Assembly (NCBI GenBank): GCA_029258835.1
Contig: JAPDJY010000012.1
Span: forward strand, 1-61,274
Reading direction: 5' to 3'
DNA length: 61,274 nt
Source of the DNA: Thermoproteota archaeon
GTDB taxonomy: Archaea > Asgardarchaeota > Jordiarchaeia > Jordiarchaeales > Freyrarchaeaceae
The notes beneath the pieces are model-generated. The model did no database searches. It was not told where the DNA came from and worked only from the letters and a program-made list of their open reading frames with translations. The translations under genes were made by a program, and so were the position numbers. Shown here piece by piece: positions 32,238-42,805 of this stretch (position 1 is the stretch's first letter; each line of letters begins with the position of its first letter).

Positions 32238-33281
32238 TCACATCGATATCATTTCTTCGTAACGGTAGCTTTCCCACTCTGGCTTGCAACTGCAGCTGAG
32301 TTTTTCGATTTCACTCACGTTTTGGCTTAGCGAAAACTTCCTCAGAGCTCCGTCAACTCTCTTATCGCATACGCCGCAGTTGTGAGGGCCCCTTGGGCTT
32401 CCTGAAGCTACAGGGACGCAGATCAACGTCGTATCAATTTCTCGATACACGTCTTGAATTATTTTCACTAGACTCCAGAGCCACGGAGGTCTATAATCAC
32501 CCTTCTTCCATAGTAGCTCAACGAAGGTGCCCTTGTGAACCGTGCAGGGATTCAGTGAGATAACGTCTACACCCATTTCAGATAGAGTTATAATAGAGTT
32601 CTCGGTGTCGATGATGGCCTCCTCCTCTCTTAAAAAAGGCGGCTTAACCAGGAGGTACACTTTAACCCTTGCTCCGAGAGCCTTTGCCACGTCCATTGCC
32701 TTCTTGAACTCCATGAACGTGAACCCTTTATTTATAACTTTCCTAACTTTATCGTTTACCGTTTCGAGCCCGACGGCTATGGTTAACTGCTTTCCTTTGA
32801 GAGCCTGAACGCACCTGCTAACGTTCTCGACCGTCACAAAGCTAGGACGTGTTTCGAGGACGACCTCTTTCACCCTGGGGTCTTTCGATATGAACCATAG
32901 GATTTCATTTTGCGCGTCTTCAGGAACCTCGTTTTCGTCGAGGAAGCTACCTGAAGTAAATATTTTCACAGCCATAGGAGGCTTAGCTGAGGAAGCCTTT
33001 CTGTATGCATCCTTAAACTGGTTAACGATTTGCTTGGAGGACACGTCACCCTTAACGCCTTCATAAATATATCCGCACATCGAACAACCACCATGCTTGG
33101 ATAGTGCCCAACTACACCCCCTAGTAGCTAAAACAACAACGAGTGCCCTCCCCCTTTCACCTAAAACCCTATCTTCTTCGATCCAAGCTCTCGCCGGCCG
33201 CCCTCCCTCCACCCTCCTGAGACCGAGGTACTCCTTTCTCAGCTCCAAGATAGCCTTCGAAAGAACCCTACTAAACGTCAA
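32238..33281 (-). CDS. Archaeosine biosynthesis radical SAM protein RaSEA
   Basis: TRGCSWA..GGCSMCGY, KIFTSGSFLD, ETRP, YRPPWLWS, RGPHNCG; adjacent to arcS. Confidence 0.9.
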   Translation of the reverse strand: MTFSRVLSKAILELRKEYLGLRRVEGGRPARAWIEEDRVLGERGRALVVVLATRGCSWALSKHGGCSMCGYIYEGVKGDVSSKQIVNQFKDAYRKASSAKPPMAVKIFTSGSFLDENEVPEDAQNEILWFISKDPRVKEVVLETRPSFVTVENVSRCVQALKGKQLTIAVGLETVNDKVRKVINKGFTFMEFKKAMDVAKALGARVKVYLLVKPPFLREEEAIIDTENSIITLSEMGVDVISLNPCTVHKGTFVELLWKKGDYRPPWLWSLVKIIQDVYREIDTTLICVPVASGSPRGPHNCGVCDKRVDGALRKFSLSQNVSEIEKLSCSCKPEWESYRYEEMISM

Positions 33282-35236
33282 CTTCCACCCCTCCTTGCAT
33301 GTTTAATCTTAACAGCTACCCCACGGCTAACCTCCACCATTTCCTCCCCGCTGAGGTTAGCCTCCCCTACCCCAATCAACCTCTCAAGACTATTTATGAC
33401 GAAAACCACGTCTCCAGGTCTTATGTTAGGATCAGCATCTTCAACTCCCGGAGCCATTATGGACGAGCCCCTAAACATCTCTCCCCTAAATAAAACCCAG
33501 TGGCTGCGCTTAGCTAATATTTCTCCCCCATTCATCGTTGGAACGATCAACCCCGTTGAAGGCGATGAAGCAGCTAGCAACACGTCCCCGCGATAAAGTC
33601 TCTTAACCCCCTTCCTCTCTACCTTTACGTGTGTACCCTGTTTAACCAGTAGGTCTCCTGCTCCAACACCGAACTGGTAATCTGCAACGCTTCTAAAGGC
33701 TTCTTTAACCCTTTCAAACCAGCTGACTTCCTCCGATGGAACTCTTTCTAATGTCTCCCTTAGGGAAAGTAGTGAAGACGAACTGGTCGGGTTTCCCTCT
33801 ATTTCCGTGTAAATTATGTCCTTACCTGCTATTTCACTCGCCTTCTTGCATGCTTTAAGGTATCCTCCATCAAGATGGGCTACTATAGCACAGTCATCAG
33901 GAAACTTCTCTATGTATTTTGAAATGCATTTAGCAGCTATTTCTATCTCTTCAGCATCCCAGTCCCCTGTTACCGGTACGTCGTAGTGTGCTGCAGGATA
34001 AACCTCCTCAAGCTCCCTTGGCACCAGCCCCAATGGGGAAGTCACTATCCCCTCACAGATGCTCTTGACTCCTGCTTCCTCCACCACCCTTCTGAAAAGC
34101 TTATGTGACGGTGACTGAGAGTATGGTTTTCTAGCGGAGCAAGGTAGGAGGAGGACGGCAGTAGCCCACTTGGGTGGCGTATACCTTTCAGCTACCCTTC
34201 CTCTGAACCGCTCTAAGGATGGACGATAATAAGACTCGGGTCCTACGCAATGTACCTTGCCTTTACCCGAAATAGGGGTGTATTTTTCTAGGAGCCGCTG
34301 CGCATCCCGGTCCAGTATTCGAAGGAGAGCAGTTAACTCCGTTGAACAGTGTGCCGCCGCCTCCACGCCTTCACGGAGCTGCGTGCTTCTTATGAGTAAC
34401 TCCGCTTTTCTTAGGATTCCCAACGCCGAAAGGACGTTATGCTTAAAAAGAAGCTGAAATCTTTCATCCTCACTTAGCACGCTTGGCAGTTTTACACACG
34501 CATCACAGAAGCATGGTAAACTCTTAAAGTCCTTCAACTGGTACCATTTCCCCTCAAAAAGGTAAAGCCCATTTAGCGATGCGCCGATTAGGTTTGCCGC
34601 GTCGAATAGGTCAACACCCAAGTATGTTAGGTGAAGGTAGTGTGATGGTGGAACCCCTACAGCGTAAACCACAGCATTAGGGCTAATAAACTTGTTAACA
34701 GCCGTCATAAAAGCAGCCAGCTCCCTTGGGTTATGGATAATACGGTTTAGCCCCTTCAAAACGTACATTTCAGCGCCGGCAGCATTGATCCCTGAAAGAT
34801 ATTCTTCCCAAAGATCCTTGTAAGGTATGTAATATATCGGGGCTGCTATAGGTGATCCCCCAGCCAGCTTCCTGAAAACCCTAGTATTTTCTATTACTTC
34901 AAGCATTAGCTGCTGGGCTACCTCCCGAGGCCCGATAACTGGCGTACTGGGAACCATTAGGATGTCGCCACCTGACTTTAACTCCATGTTTAAGGCTTCC
35001 TCTAAATCAAGAAGTAATGGTCCTATGGTGCCTACAATTCGAACCTTCTCCCTGAAAGTTGCATTTACTAGAGCACCACTACTTGACGCTACAACTACCG
35101 TTATTTCGGCTTGAACCGGTAGGCTAAAATGGCCGTTGAGTAATGGAAACACTAGGTTCGGCGTTCCCACCACTTTCCCGTTAATTCTTAAACGGGATAC
35201 TCTTCCGGGTCCATCATGGCACATTATCTCGATCAT
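33278..35236 (-). CDS. arcS: Archaeosine synthase alpha subunit (TGT-like plus PUA)
   Basis: HDGPGR, YLGVDLFD, LLPCSARKPYSQSPSH, VTSPLGLVPRELE..YPAAHYDVPVTGDW, C-terminal PUA. Confidence 0.93.
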   Translation of the reverse strand: MIEIMCHDGPGRVSRLRINGKVVGTPNLVFPLLNGHFSLPVQAEITVVVASSSGALVNATFREKVRIVGTIGPLLLDLEEALNMELKSGGDILMVPSTPVIGPREVAQQLMLEVIENTRVFRKLAGGSPIAAPIYYIPYKDLWEEYLSGINAAGAEMYVLKGLNRIIHNPRELAAFMTAVNKFISPNAVVYAVGVPPSHYLHLTYLGVDLFDAANLIGASLNGLYLFEGKWYQLKDFKSLPCFCDACVKLPSVLSEDERFQLLFKHNVLSALGILRKAELLIRSTQLREGVEAAAHCSTELTALLRILDRDAQRLLEKYTPISGKGKVHCVGPESYYRPSLERFRGRVAERYTPPKWATAVLLLPCSARKPYSQSPSHKLFRRVVEEAGVKSICEGIVTSPLGLVPRELEEVYPAAHYDVPVTGDWDAEEIEIAAKCISKYIEKFPDDCAIVAHLDGGYLKACKKASEIAGKDIIYTEIEGNPTSSSSLLSLRETLERVPSEEVSWFERVKEAFRSVADYQFGVGAGDLLVKQGTHVKVERKGVKRLYRGDVLLAASSPSTGLIVPTMNGGEILAKRSHWVLFRGEMFRGSSIMAPGVEDADPNIRPGDVVFVINSLERLIGVGEANLSGEEMVEVSRGVAVKIKHARRGGS

Positions 35237-35260
35237 TAAACCACCGTTACCTATGTGCCT

Positions 35261-35896
35261 TTACTTCAATTGAAACCAACTTTTTATTTCATCCCCGATC
35301 CTAAATTCTGCTAATTCCTCCAGCACCATTCTATCGTGAGGCATGTTTGGTGGCTGTACACCATTAGCCCGCAGCATTATATCCCGAGCAAGCCTGTAAT
35401 ATTTTGTTCTTCTTATGGAGCGCCAGAGCCGTCTACCGGCAATTTCCCTCGCTTTCTTAAGGGCTTCCTTGTAAGACACTAATCCATGCATTTTTAACGC
35501 TGTAAAGAGCATCAGAAGAAGGCTAAGCGAAGCAGCGAACCTAGATAGTTTAGATGGTTTAGCCGAGACCGCCTCCTTGTACCCCCTAAGAAAACATTCA
35601 AATGCTTCTCTTACGCATCCCTTAGCAAATAAACAGTCACCAGCTTTTAACAGTAAAATTGCCGCTCGCTCGTGTAGCCCCTCCACCTCAAGGATGGAGG
35701 AGCAAAGCGTGAAAAGAAAGGCGCTCTCCTGGTACTTCCCCCTCGCTTTCATGTAAAAGGCTTTGCTCAACAGTTCCCCGACATGCTTAATAACATCAAC
35801 GTAGAGGCTCACTGCTTTACCTTCATCTCTTCCTTTCCTACGTAATTCAATATACTCCTCCAGTAATCTAACTTTGCTTTCACCCATTAAAAACAC
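35261..35896 (-). CDS. TPR / alpha-SNAP-like helical repeat protein
   Basis: GKYQESAFLF...ERAAILLLKAGDCL....REAFECFLRG helical repeat pattern. Confidence 0.5.
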   Translation of the reverse strand: MFLMGESKVRLLEEYIELRRKGRDEGKAVSLYVDVIKHVGELLSKAFYMKARGKYQESAFLFTLCSSILEVEGLHERAAILLLKAGDCLFAKGCVREAFECFLRGYKEAVSAKPSKLSRFAASLSLLLMLFTALKMHGLVSYKEALKKAREIAGRRLWRSIRRTKYYRLARDIMLRANGVQPPNMPHDRMVLEELAEFRIGDEIKSWFQLK

Positions 35897-36008
35897 CTCA
35901 AAATAAGGGAGCAGTTATAAAAACCATTTTTAACCTTTCAAATCGGAACAACACTTCTAAGTGATAAAACGAGAACGCATCTTTTAATAGTTTAGCATTC
36001 CTACTTTA

Positions 36009-37019
36009 ATGACGGTGCTGAGTATGGCTCACTTTAACCACGGCGTCTTCGTATCCCTTTCTAAAGCCGTAGTGCTAGGTAACAGGACGGTATGCGACGG
36101 ACATGAAGACGGCTACACTTTGAGGGTAGTGACACATGCCCATGCAGACCATCTTTATGGCTTACGTAATAGCACTAGGAAATGTGACCTTGTCGTCTCA
36201 ACTAGAGAGACAAAGGACTTACTGTCAGCTACCCGCAGATGCAGAACCAGCATGATCGTCCCCGTACACTACAATCAAACTATAAAAATTCGAGACGAGA
36301 AAGTTACGTTAATACCCGCAAACCACATATTAGGTTCCGCGCAGGTCCTCGTCGAGCGGAGCGACGGGTTACGATGTCTTTACAGCAGCGACTTCAGACT
36401 AGATGGCACCCCAACCGTTAAGTGTGACGTCCTCGTCCTTGACGCAACATACGGTGCACCATCTAACGTTAGGCCATCGATAGATGCTGTTCACGAAGCC
36501 CTTATTACCTTGGTTGAGAGCAGCCTTAAGACGGGGAAACCCGTACATGTCTTCGGTTTCATAGGGAAAGTGCAGGAGGTCATGTCTTTTCTTAGGCGGA
36601 AAGGAATCACCGTTCCTTTCGTAACGTCGCCTAGAATGTACAGGGTTTCAAGGGTTTACGAGAAGTATGGTTTCACGCTTGGAGAATATTATTCCTCGGA
36701 GGGGGTGGTGGGGAGAAAAATTCTTAAGGATGACTTATACATAGCATTTTTCTCTCCGTTTGAAAGAACATACCTAAAGGGCGAGTTTACTCGGATGGAG
36801 CTTACAGGATGGCTCTTTGGCAAGCCCTACGTTGAAAGAAGCAAAAACGAGTATGTTATTTCTTACAGTGGCCACTCGGACTTTAACCAACTAATAGAAT
36901 ATGCAGCGAAATGCGACCCTGAACACGTAATAACAGATAATGCACGTGGCGGGAGTGCGATTAAGCTAGCTGAGGAAATAGAGAAAAGGCTGGGGATTCC
37001 CGCTTCCCCATCACCATAA
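36009..37019 (+). CDS. MBL-fold beta-CASP nuclease (SNM1/ligase-associated exonuclease-like)
   Basis: THAHADH, ANHILGS, YSSDF, LDATYG, YSGHSDF. Confidence 0.85.
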   Translation: MTVLSMAHFNHGVFVSLSKAVVLGNRTVCDGHEDGYTLRVVTHAHADHLYGLRNSTRKCDLVVSTRETKDLLSATRRCRTSMIVPVHYNQTIKIRDEKVTLIPANHILGSAQVLVERSDGLRCLYSSDFRLDGTPTVKCDVLVLDATYGAPSNVRPSIDAVHEALITLVESSLKTGKPVHVFGFIGKVQEVMSFLRRKGITVPFVTSPRMYRVSRVYEKYGFTLGEYYSSEGVVGRKILKDDLYIAFFSPFERTYLKGEFTRMELTGWLFGKPYVERSKNEYVISYSGHSDFNQLIEYAAKCDPEHVITDNARGGSAIKLAEEIEKRLGIPASPSP

Positions 37020-37020
37020 T

Positions 37021-39402
37021 TTATACGTTAAGATTGTATCTACGTCTGTCAAGAAATTCTTGCTTCTTTGGGTCATTCCATGTTGCCTTTATACCTTGCA
37101 AGTATCCGGTTATACGGGAGTATATTTCAACTCTTTGACTTCCACACTTTGGACACTTAAACTCGACTAGCTCTGCTGGAGAGTCGAAGTGTTGATTCCT
37201 CCAGTCGAACGTTCCCTGCGCCCGGCAGTCTGGGCAAACCCATATGTCAATCGTGAAGTCAAAGTATGCTGTAAGAGTGTTACGGGCAATCTTTAAGATA
37301 AACTTCCATATTGCGTAAGGGTCAGGGTAAACGTCGTTTAGGAATATGTGTTGTAAGAAGCCTCCTCCAAGAAGTGGGGCAAACATCGCCTCCTTCTTTA
37401 TTCGCTCCGCTAGAGGTATGTCGGCATCCACAGGTTGATGGACGGAGTTTGTAAGGTAAACGTCCGGGTATTTCCCTCTGAGGTACGGTCTTACTTCTGG
37501 ATACCTCTCATAAAGTATTCTTGCAAGTTTACCCGCTGCTGTCTCTGCCGGAGTGCGCGTAACTTGGAACGAGAGCCCTGTCTCGTTGCTCCACTCCTGA
37601 GCTATCTTATTCATAAATTTAAGGACTTTAACAGCAAATTTTAACCCTTCTTCATGCCAGAGCGGGTACCCCGTGACGATCTCAACCATTTCAGCAAACC
37701 CTATAGTCCCTATTAGGAGCTCCCTTTCTTCCGGAACAATCATATCTTTCCCATTAGGTCGCTTTACGTTGTAGAGCGGCGCCAAGCCAAGACGCTTAAC
37801 TCTCTTTACAACCTCGTACCTATGGAGTAGGCTTGGAATGGTTACTTCCTCTATTATCCTTCCAAAGTCTTCGAAGAAGGCATCCTCGTCTTGCCCCATA
37901 GTTCTAGCAGCTGAAGCAACAGGGTTAGGCGTATCCATCTGGATTGCACCGTAAACCGCATTACCGGAGATGTATTCTTCAACTTGCTCCGGGTTCCTCG
38001 CAGCCCAGGTGTGGGAGCAGCAGGAGACACACCCGCCGATTATCTGTTTTCGCCAGTTCAGGTAATTCACAAAGTATGGTAAACCATATTTAGCCACCAG
38101 CCTAGCAGCCCAAATGTATGCTTCTTCAAACTCGGGTTTCATCCACTCCTCCCTAAGCTCTATGTTCAGCTTCGGGTAGTTGAACAATTTCCCATATCTA
38201 TCGCCATAGTACATAACCTTCATAAACTCTATAAAGTATCTTTTCACCTCGTCAACGAAGTCCCCGTAGACATATTTTTCACTTGTTTTTCCTCCAGGAA
38301 GAATAACAGGTTCGTTCATAAACTCCTTTTTTATCCCCGGGCCTATATCTATGGATGTGAAGGGAACTTGCCCTCCTCTAGCAACATATTGCTGAGTCGC
38401 AATAAACGGGGTATGCTGGCATGCCTGCTCTATTTCCCTTTCAGCCACCCGTCTTAGAACATACTTTACAATAGCATCAACAATATCCCTTGGAACCTGC
38501 TGGAATTTCCTGTAAAGCTCGTCTGTTAACCCTAAAGCAGGCTGGTTCATTTCAGAGACTAGAAGACTTGCGCTCTTAAGCAACTCCTCCTGCTTAAGGC
38601 CGCGGAGGTACCATGCTATCCCCTCCATCCAATTGTGAAATCCTTGCCCACCTGACATGTTGCTTTGCCATGATGCAAGCCATATCGCGGCATGGTTGAC
38701 GAACACCGTCAAATGTTTAGGCGGTCCCGCACTAGACGAGTGCATGCCATTCAACCCATCAGGCTCCAAACCCAAAATTATGAATAGGCGTGGATCCCAT
38801 GACGCACAGTAGTCCCTTATACTCGTGTACTCTCGATCCTTATGGTAGTTGTCCCCCATCAAATGGGCATCAGCAATGTTCGTATCAAAAACAAGCCTCT
38901 TTCCCGTAGGTACAGTTACCTCTAAGTGTCCCGGCAGCGTCAAGAATGTGTGCTCCGTCATCACACGGTCATAAACCACTTTTGCGATAGTTTCTGGGTT
39001 AACTTGAAGATTGGCATTCCAAGTGTGCCTTAATGGGTTAATGATCATCTCGTTAAGGTCATAAATAGGAATCCCAATTCGAGTATACTTCTTCCTAGCC
39101 TCTACAAGCCCCATTTCTGCAAGAACAGAACAGCACATCTCCCTTATCATCGGGCCAGAGAGCCAGCGTATGTTCGAAGAAATTATCCTTTTAACCACGT
39201 TCTTAGCCACTTCTGTGGCGACATCCCTGCTAACTTCAGCTTCCCTCACAAGGCTATCTATAATTTTTCTCACGTCGAACTTCTCTATCATACCTCTATT
39301 CGTTCTGACAGGGGGAAGTATCGAGTTCCAAAACTCATGCTCCTCCTCTTCCTGAGGAAGAGGATACTCTCTATGGTTTGCAACTGGACCAGCCATTTTC
39401 AC
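37021..39402 (-). CDS. nrdD: Class III anaerobic ribonucleoside-triphosphate reductase with ATP cone
   Basis: N-terminal ATP cone, SGGQG, RGGQVPF, TPAET, YLTNS, CPDC/CPKC Zn site, glycyl-radical SRITGYL. Confidence 0.93.
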   Translation of the reverse strand: MKMAGPVANHREYPLPQEEEEHEFWNSILPPVRTNRGMIEKFDVRKIIDSLVREAEVSRDVATEVAKNVVKRIISSNIRWLSGPMIREMCCSVLAEMGLVEARKKYTRIGIPIYDLNEMIINPLRHTWNANLQVNPETIAKVVYDRVMTEHTFLTLPGHLEVTVPTGKRLVFDTNIADAHLMGDNYHKDREYTSIRDYCASWDPRLFIILGLEPDGLNGMHSSSAGPPKHLTVFVNHAAIWLASWQSNMSGGQGFHNWMEGIAWYLRGLKQEELLKSASLLVSEMNQPALGLTDELYRKFQQVPRDIVDAIVKYVLRRVAEREIEQACQHTPFIATQQYVARGGQVPFTSIDIGPGIKKEFMNEPVILPGGKTSEKYVYGDFVDEVKRYFIEFMKVMYYGDRYGKLFNYPKLNIELREEWMKPEFEEAYIWAARLVAKYGLPYFVNYLNWRKQIIGGCVSCCSHTWAARNPEQVEEYISGNAVYGAIQMDTPNPVASAARTMGQDEDAFFEDFGRIIEEVTIPSLLHRYEVVKRVKRLGLAPLYNVKRPNGKDMIVPEERELLIGTIGFAEMVEIVTGYPLWHEEGLKFAVKVLKFMNKIAQEWSNETGLSFQVTRTPAETAAGKLARILYERYPEVRPYLRGKYPDVYLTNSVHQPVDADIPLAERIKKEAMFAPLLGGGFLQHIFLNDVYPDPYAIWKFILKIARNTLTAYFDFTIDIWVCPDCRAQGTFDWRNQHFDSPAELVEFKCPKCGSQRVEIYSRITGYLQGIKATWNDPKKQEFLDRRRYNLNV

Positions 39403-39698
39403 TCACCCTCTAAAACCTTCTCCTTCAATTCCTCGTAAGAGATGGGGTCTCCTAACGCTAGAGGCTTCATCCTGCCATCCTCAACGGCAACTATGGTTGG
39501 CGTGGCAGCCACGTAAATTTGATTTTGAAGTAGTTCGAACTCTAAATCGTCAGGAACTTCATTAACATCCACTACTTCTACTGGTATCTTTAATTCATCC
39601 CCAACCATCATGGCAGCTTTCTTCGCTACCGGACAGTTAGGACAATTTTCTTGGGTGAAGACTAGAAGTTTACTCACCTTCATTTCCGCAGCACCCAA
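39399..39698 (-). CDS. Thioredoxin/glutaredoxin-like (NrdH-like) protein
   Basis: FTQENCPNC, ATPT cis-Pro; 4-bp overlap with nrdD start. Confidence 0.85.
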   Translation of the reverse strand: MGAAEMKVSKLLVFTQENCPNCPVAKKAAMMVGDELKIPVEVVDVNEVPDDLEFELLQNQIYVAATPTIVAVEDGRMKPLALGDPISYEELKEKVLEGE

Positions 39699-40100
39699 CC
39701 ATTAACTCCTCCTGAAATAGGGGGTTAAGCTTGTTTTTAACGGTCAGTTTTCCGGGGGGAATAGCTAGGTAATTATGAAGCACACTTCCCCTTTTGGAGC
39801 CCTCAATCTAAGAATTAAGGTAATGGAGCAAATTTAAGCCTTTCTTTAATCTTTAAATTTATCATTCATAAAACCCCCCTCTATTTCCACTCCAAAAAGA
39901 TGAAATAGATTATATTGTATAGATGCATTGAGGGCGAAGCAGACGGTAAACCCTGCTTTCATCTTCCATCGTTTAAGAAACAGTTAAATTTGGCTTTTTC
40001 AAGGAACTTAACTAACTGAAAAAGTTAAAAGCCCGTCTTGACAGGAAGATTCCCAAAGTTTCACCGTGAAATGATAAGATGAATATAATCCGAACAGCCC

Positions 40101-41729
40101 TTGGGAAAAAAGGAGGTTAGATCGTGCGGAGGGACGATGTTCGTCGCTAGTGTGAGTCACCTTATAAAGTCTGTGGTAAGATCCGCCAGTCTCCCGCAAA
40201 GGCTCTACATTTTCGATACTACTCTCAGAGACGGAGAGCAGATGCCCGGTGTTGCCTTTACGCCGGGTGAGAAGAAGATAATCGCTGAGCAGTTAGCTAA
40301 GTTAGGGGTTGACGTAATAGAGGCAGGAATGCCCGTCGTTTCAGAAGGAGAGAGAAATGCCGTTAAAGAAATAGCAAAATTAGGGTTAAACTCGGAGGTT
40401 TGTGCATTAGCGCGCGCTAGCCGCGAAGACGTAGACGTGGCGCTCGAATGCGACGTGGACAGAATACACCTATTCATAGCGACGTCAGACCTTCACATGA
40501 AGTATAAGCTTAAGCTTTCCCCGGAGGAAGTTTTTCAGAAAGCCGTAGAAAGTGTGGAGTATGCGAAGAGCCACGGTGTAAAGGTGGAGTTTTCAGCTGA
40601 GGATGCCACGAGAAGCAACGTAGACTTCCTTAAAAGGATTTATAGTGGCGTCGTGGATGCAGGAGCAAAGGTTATAAATATTCCGGACACGGTCGGCGCC
40701 GCCACTCCAAGTGCGTACGCCTACCTCGTCGAGGAAATCAAGAAGGTTTTAACTCGTGGCACGGTCGTGTCTGTTCACACACATAATGACTTTGGGTTAG
40801 CTACGGCGAACGCTCTTGCAGCAATAGAGAAAGGTGCACAGCAAGTCCACGTGACCGTTAACGGTATAGGGGAGCGGGCTGGAAATGCCTCCCTGGAAGA
40901 AGTCGTTGTGTCAGCCGTGGCGCTTTACGGGATAAAGGTAAACGTAGATACAACGCGCATCTTCGAAACTTCAAAGCTGGTCGAACGTATAAGTGGGGTT
41001 AGGCTCCCCCCTAACAAGCCGATAATAGGGGATAACGCCTTTAAACACGAGAGCGGGATCCACGCACATGCCGTTCTAGAGAACCCGTTAACCTATGAGC
41101 CTATAAAGCCCGAGCTGATAGGACGTATAAGAGAGAGCATAGTGGAGGACGCTATAGTCATAGGTAAACATGCTGGAGGTCATTCTCTCAGAGCGAAGTT
41201 ACAGGAGATGGGAATAACATGCAATGAAGAGCAACTGAGGGAAATCCTATCACGTATAAAGGAACTGGGTGATAAGGGTAAGAAAGTCACAGACGTAGAC
41301 CTACTAGCCATAGCAGAGGACATCGTCGGGCAAGTTTCAGAGAAGGAGAGGATACTCAGACTTGAGGAATTAACCGTGGTTACAGGGAAAGGTATAACAC
41401 CGACGGCCACGGTCAAAATACGCGTAGGCAACAACGAAAAGATCGCTTCAGCAATAGGGGTAGGCCCAGTTGATGCGGCTTGCAACGCCCTCCAGAACGC
41501 TGTTAAAGCCTTTAAGGAGATGAGCCTTATCGAATATAACTTAGAAGCCATAACAGGCGGAACGGATGCCCTAGGATTTGTCACCGTTAAATTGAGAGAC
41601 AAGGACGGTTTAATTTACACCGCTAAAGCAGCAGACGGCGATATCGTGAAGGCAAGCGTCCAAGCAATAATAAACGCAGCTAACAAAGCACTTTTAGCCA
41701 GAGGCCGCCTTCAGAAAAAAGGCAATTAA
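40101..41729 (+). CDS. leuA: 2-isopropylmalate synthase (LeuA/CimA family)
   Basis: [36 protein letters not shown]-terminal regulatory GVGPVDA; start likely 40137; citramalate synthase not excluded. Confidence 0.85.
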   Translation: MGKKEVRSCGGTMFVASVSHLIKSVVRSASLPQRLYIFDTTLRDGEQMPGVAFTPGEKKIIAEQLAKLGVDVIEAGMPVVSEGERNAVKEIAKLGLNSEVCALARASREDVDVALECDVDRIHLFIATSDLHMKYKLKLSPEEVFQKAVESVEYAKSHGVKVEFSAEDATRSNVDFLKRIYSGVVDAGAKVINIPDTVGAATPSAYAYLVEEIKKVLTRGTVVSVHTHNDFGLATANALAAIEKGAQQVHVTVNGIGERAGNASLEEVVVSAVALYGIKVNVDTTRIFETSKLVERISGVRLPPNKPIIGDNAFKHESGIHAHAVLENPLTYEPIKPELIGRIRESIVEDAIVIGKHAGGHSLRAKLQEMGITCNEEQLREILSRIKELGDKGKKVTDVDLLAIAEDIVGQVSEKERILRLEELTVVTGKGITPTATVKIRVGNNEKIASAIGVGPVDAACNALQNAVKAFKEMSLIEYNLEAITGGTDALGFVTVKLRDKDGLIYTAKAADGDIVKASVQAIINAANKALLARGRLQKKGN

Positions 41730-41974
41730 AATCCCGTTTTCCTTCCTAATTTTCCGAGGGACATAGGCTGCCTAGGAAAATTGCAGAGCAAACGAATTCC
41801 CACCTTTCCATTAACATTCTTTCAACGGCCGAATTCATGCCTATTAACGTGTCCCCCCATCAGCAGGATTTAAACCCGCCGCCGAATTTTAAACACGCAA
41901 TCATTTATCATAGACATTTCGTTTTTCTTAACTAAGCACTCCTGTTTTAAAATGCTTTTTCTTAAAGTAGCAAA

Positions 41975-42805
41975 TTAATGGTGAGCTATTAAAATTCCTT
42001 CCCTTAGTGGAAAAAGCTCATCTAACATTTTAATTGCCGATTCAGACCAGACTGTAAGTCTTCCTGGGTGACCGCCGGGAGCCAACACCTCTACGTTAAG
42101 GTTTCTTGCAACCACAACGTCCACTCCCGGATAGTTCCTAGCAGCTTTGCTTATTCCTAGGTCTTCTTTGACAACTATGAGGACGCTTCGTGCCCTTTTA
42201 CGTCTTCGCCCACGCATCTTCCCCTTTCCCGCTCTCACCTTTTTCATGCGTTTTCTAGCTCGCAACACATCATCCCATAAGCTGAAAACGGTCAAAACTT
42301 CTTTAAACTCTTTAGCCGTAGCTATCTTTTGAAGCTCATCCGTTAGTACGAGAGGGAACTCTGGTACCCCATCAAGCTTATGCCCTCTCTCTTCTACCAA
42401 CTCCTTTTTAGCTGTTGCAGCTATAGCCGAGCATGTAGCTAACCGCTTCTCTCTTTTGTTAATTTTTTCTAGAAACACTTTCTCAGGCTTAGGCGGATGA
42501 GTTCTTCTTCCACCAACAGCCATAGGGACAAAGGCTGCCCTGCCAGCTGATGGATGCCGACGACCTTTAACCCTTGGAACCCTAGCAACCCCGTAACCCG
42601 TCCCCCAAGACTCCGCTGACGTCCTCTTGCCCGCCCTTAGGTCAACACCGTAAGGCTGCCTTCTCGCACTAAGGATTGATAGGACAGCACGCTTTATCAG
42701 GTCTGGTCTAAATGGTGTAAGGAAAACCTTAGGGATCTCTATTTCTTTGACAGGCTCCCCCTTAAGATCGTAGACGTGGACTCTGGTTAAACTCATATTA
42801 AACAC
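41975..42805 (-). CDS. rpl4: Ribosomal protein uL4
   Basis: RPDLIKRAV, TSAESWGTG.GVARVPR, LAPGGHPGRL. Confidence 0.97.
   Translation of the reverse strand: MFNMSLTRVHVYDLKGEPVKEIEIPKVFLTPFRPDLIKRAVLSILSARRQPYGVDLRAGKRTSAESWGTGYGVARVPRVKGRRHPSAGRAAFVPMAVGGRRTHPPKPEKVFLEKINKREKRLATCSAIAATAKKELVEERGHKLDGVPEFPLVLTDELQKIATAKEFKEVLTVFSLWDDVLRARKRMKKVRAGKGKMRGRRRKRARSVLIVVKEDLGISKAARNYPGVDVVVARNLNVEVLAPGGHPGRLTVWSESAIKMLDELFPLREGILIAHH

Noticed and set aside
37021-39402. Intein in NrdD
   Set aside because: Insertion is short and lacks intein terminal motifs
41860-41915. T-arm-like hairpin or C/D-like boxes downstream of rpl4 (minus strand)
   Set aside because: No cloverleaf, degenerate C box, no convincing rRNA complement
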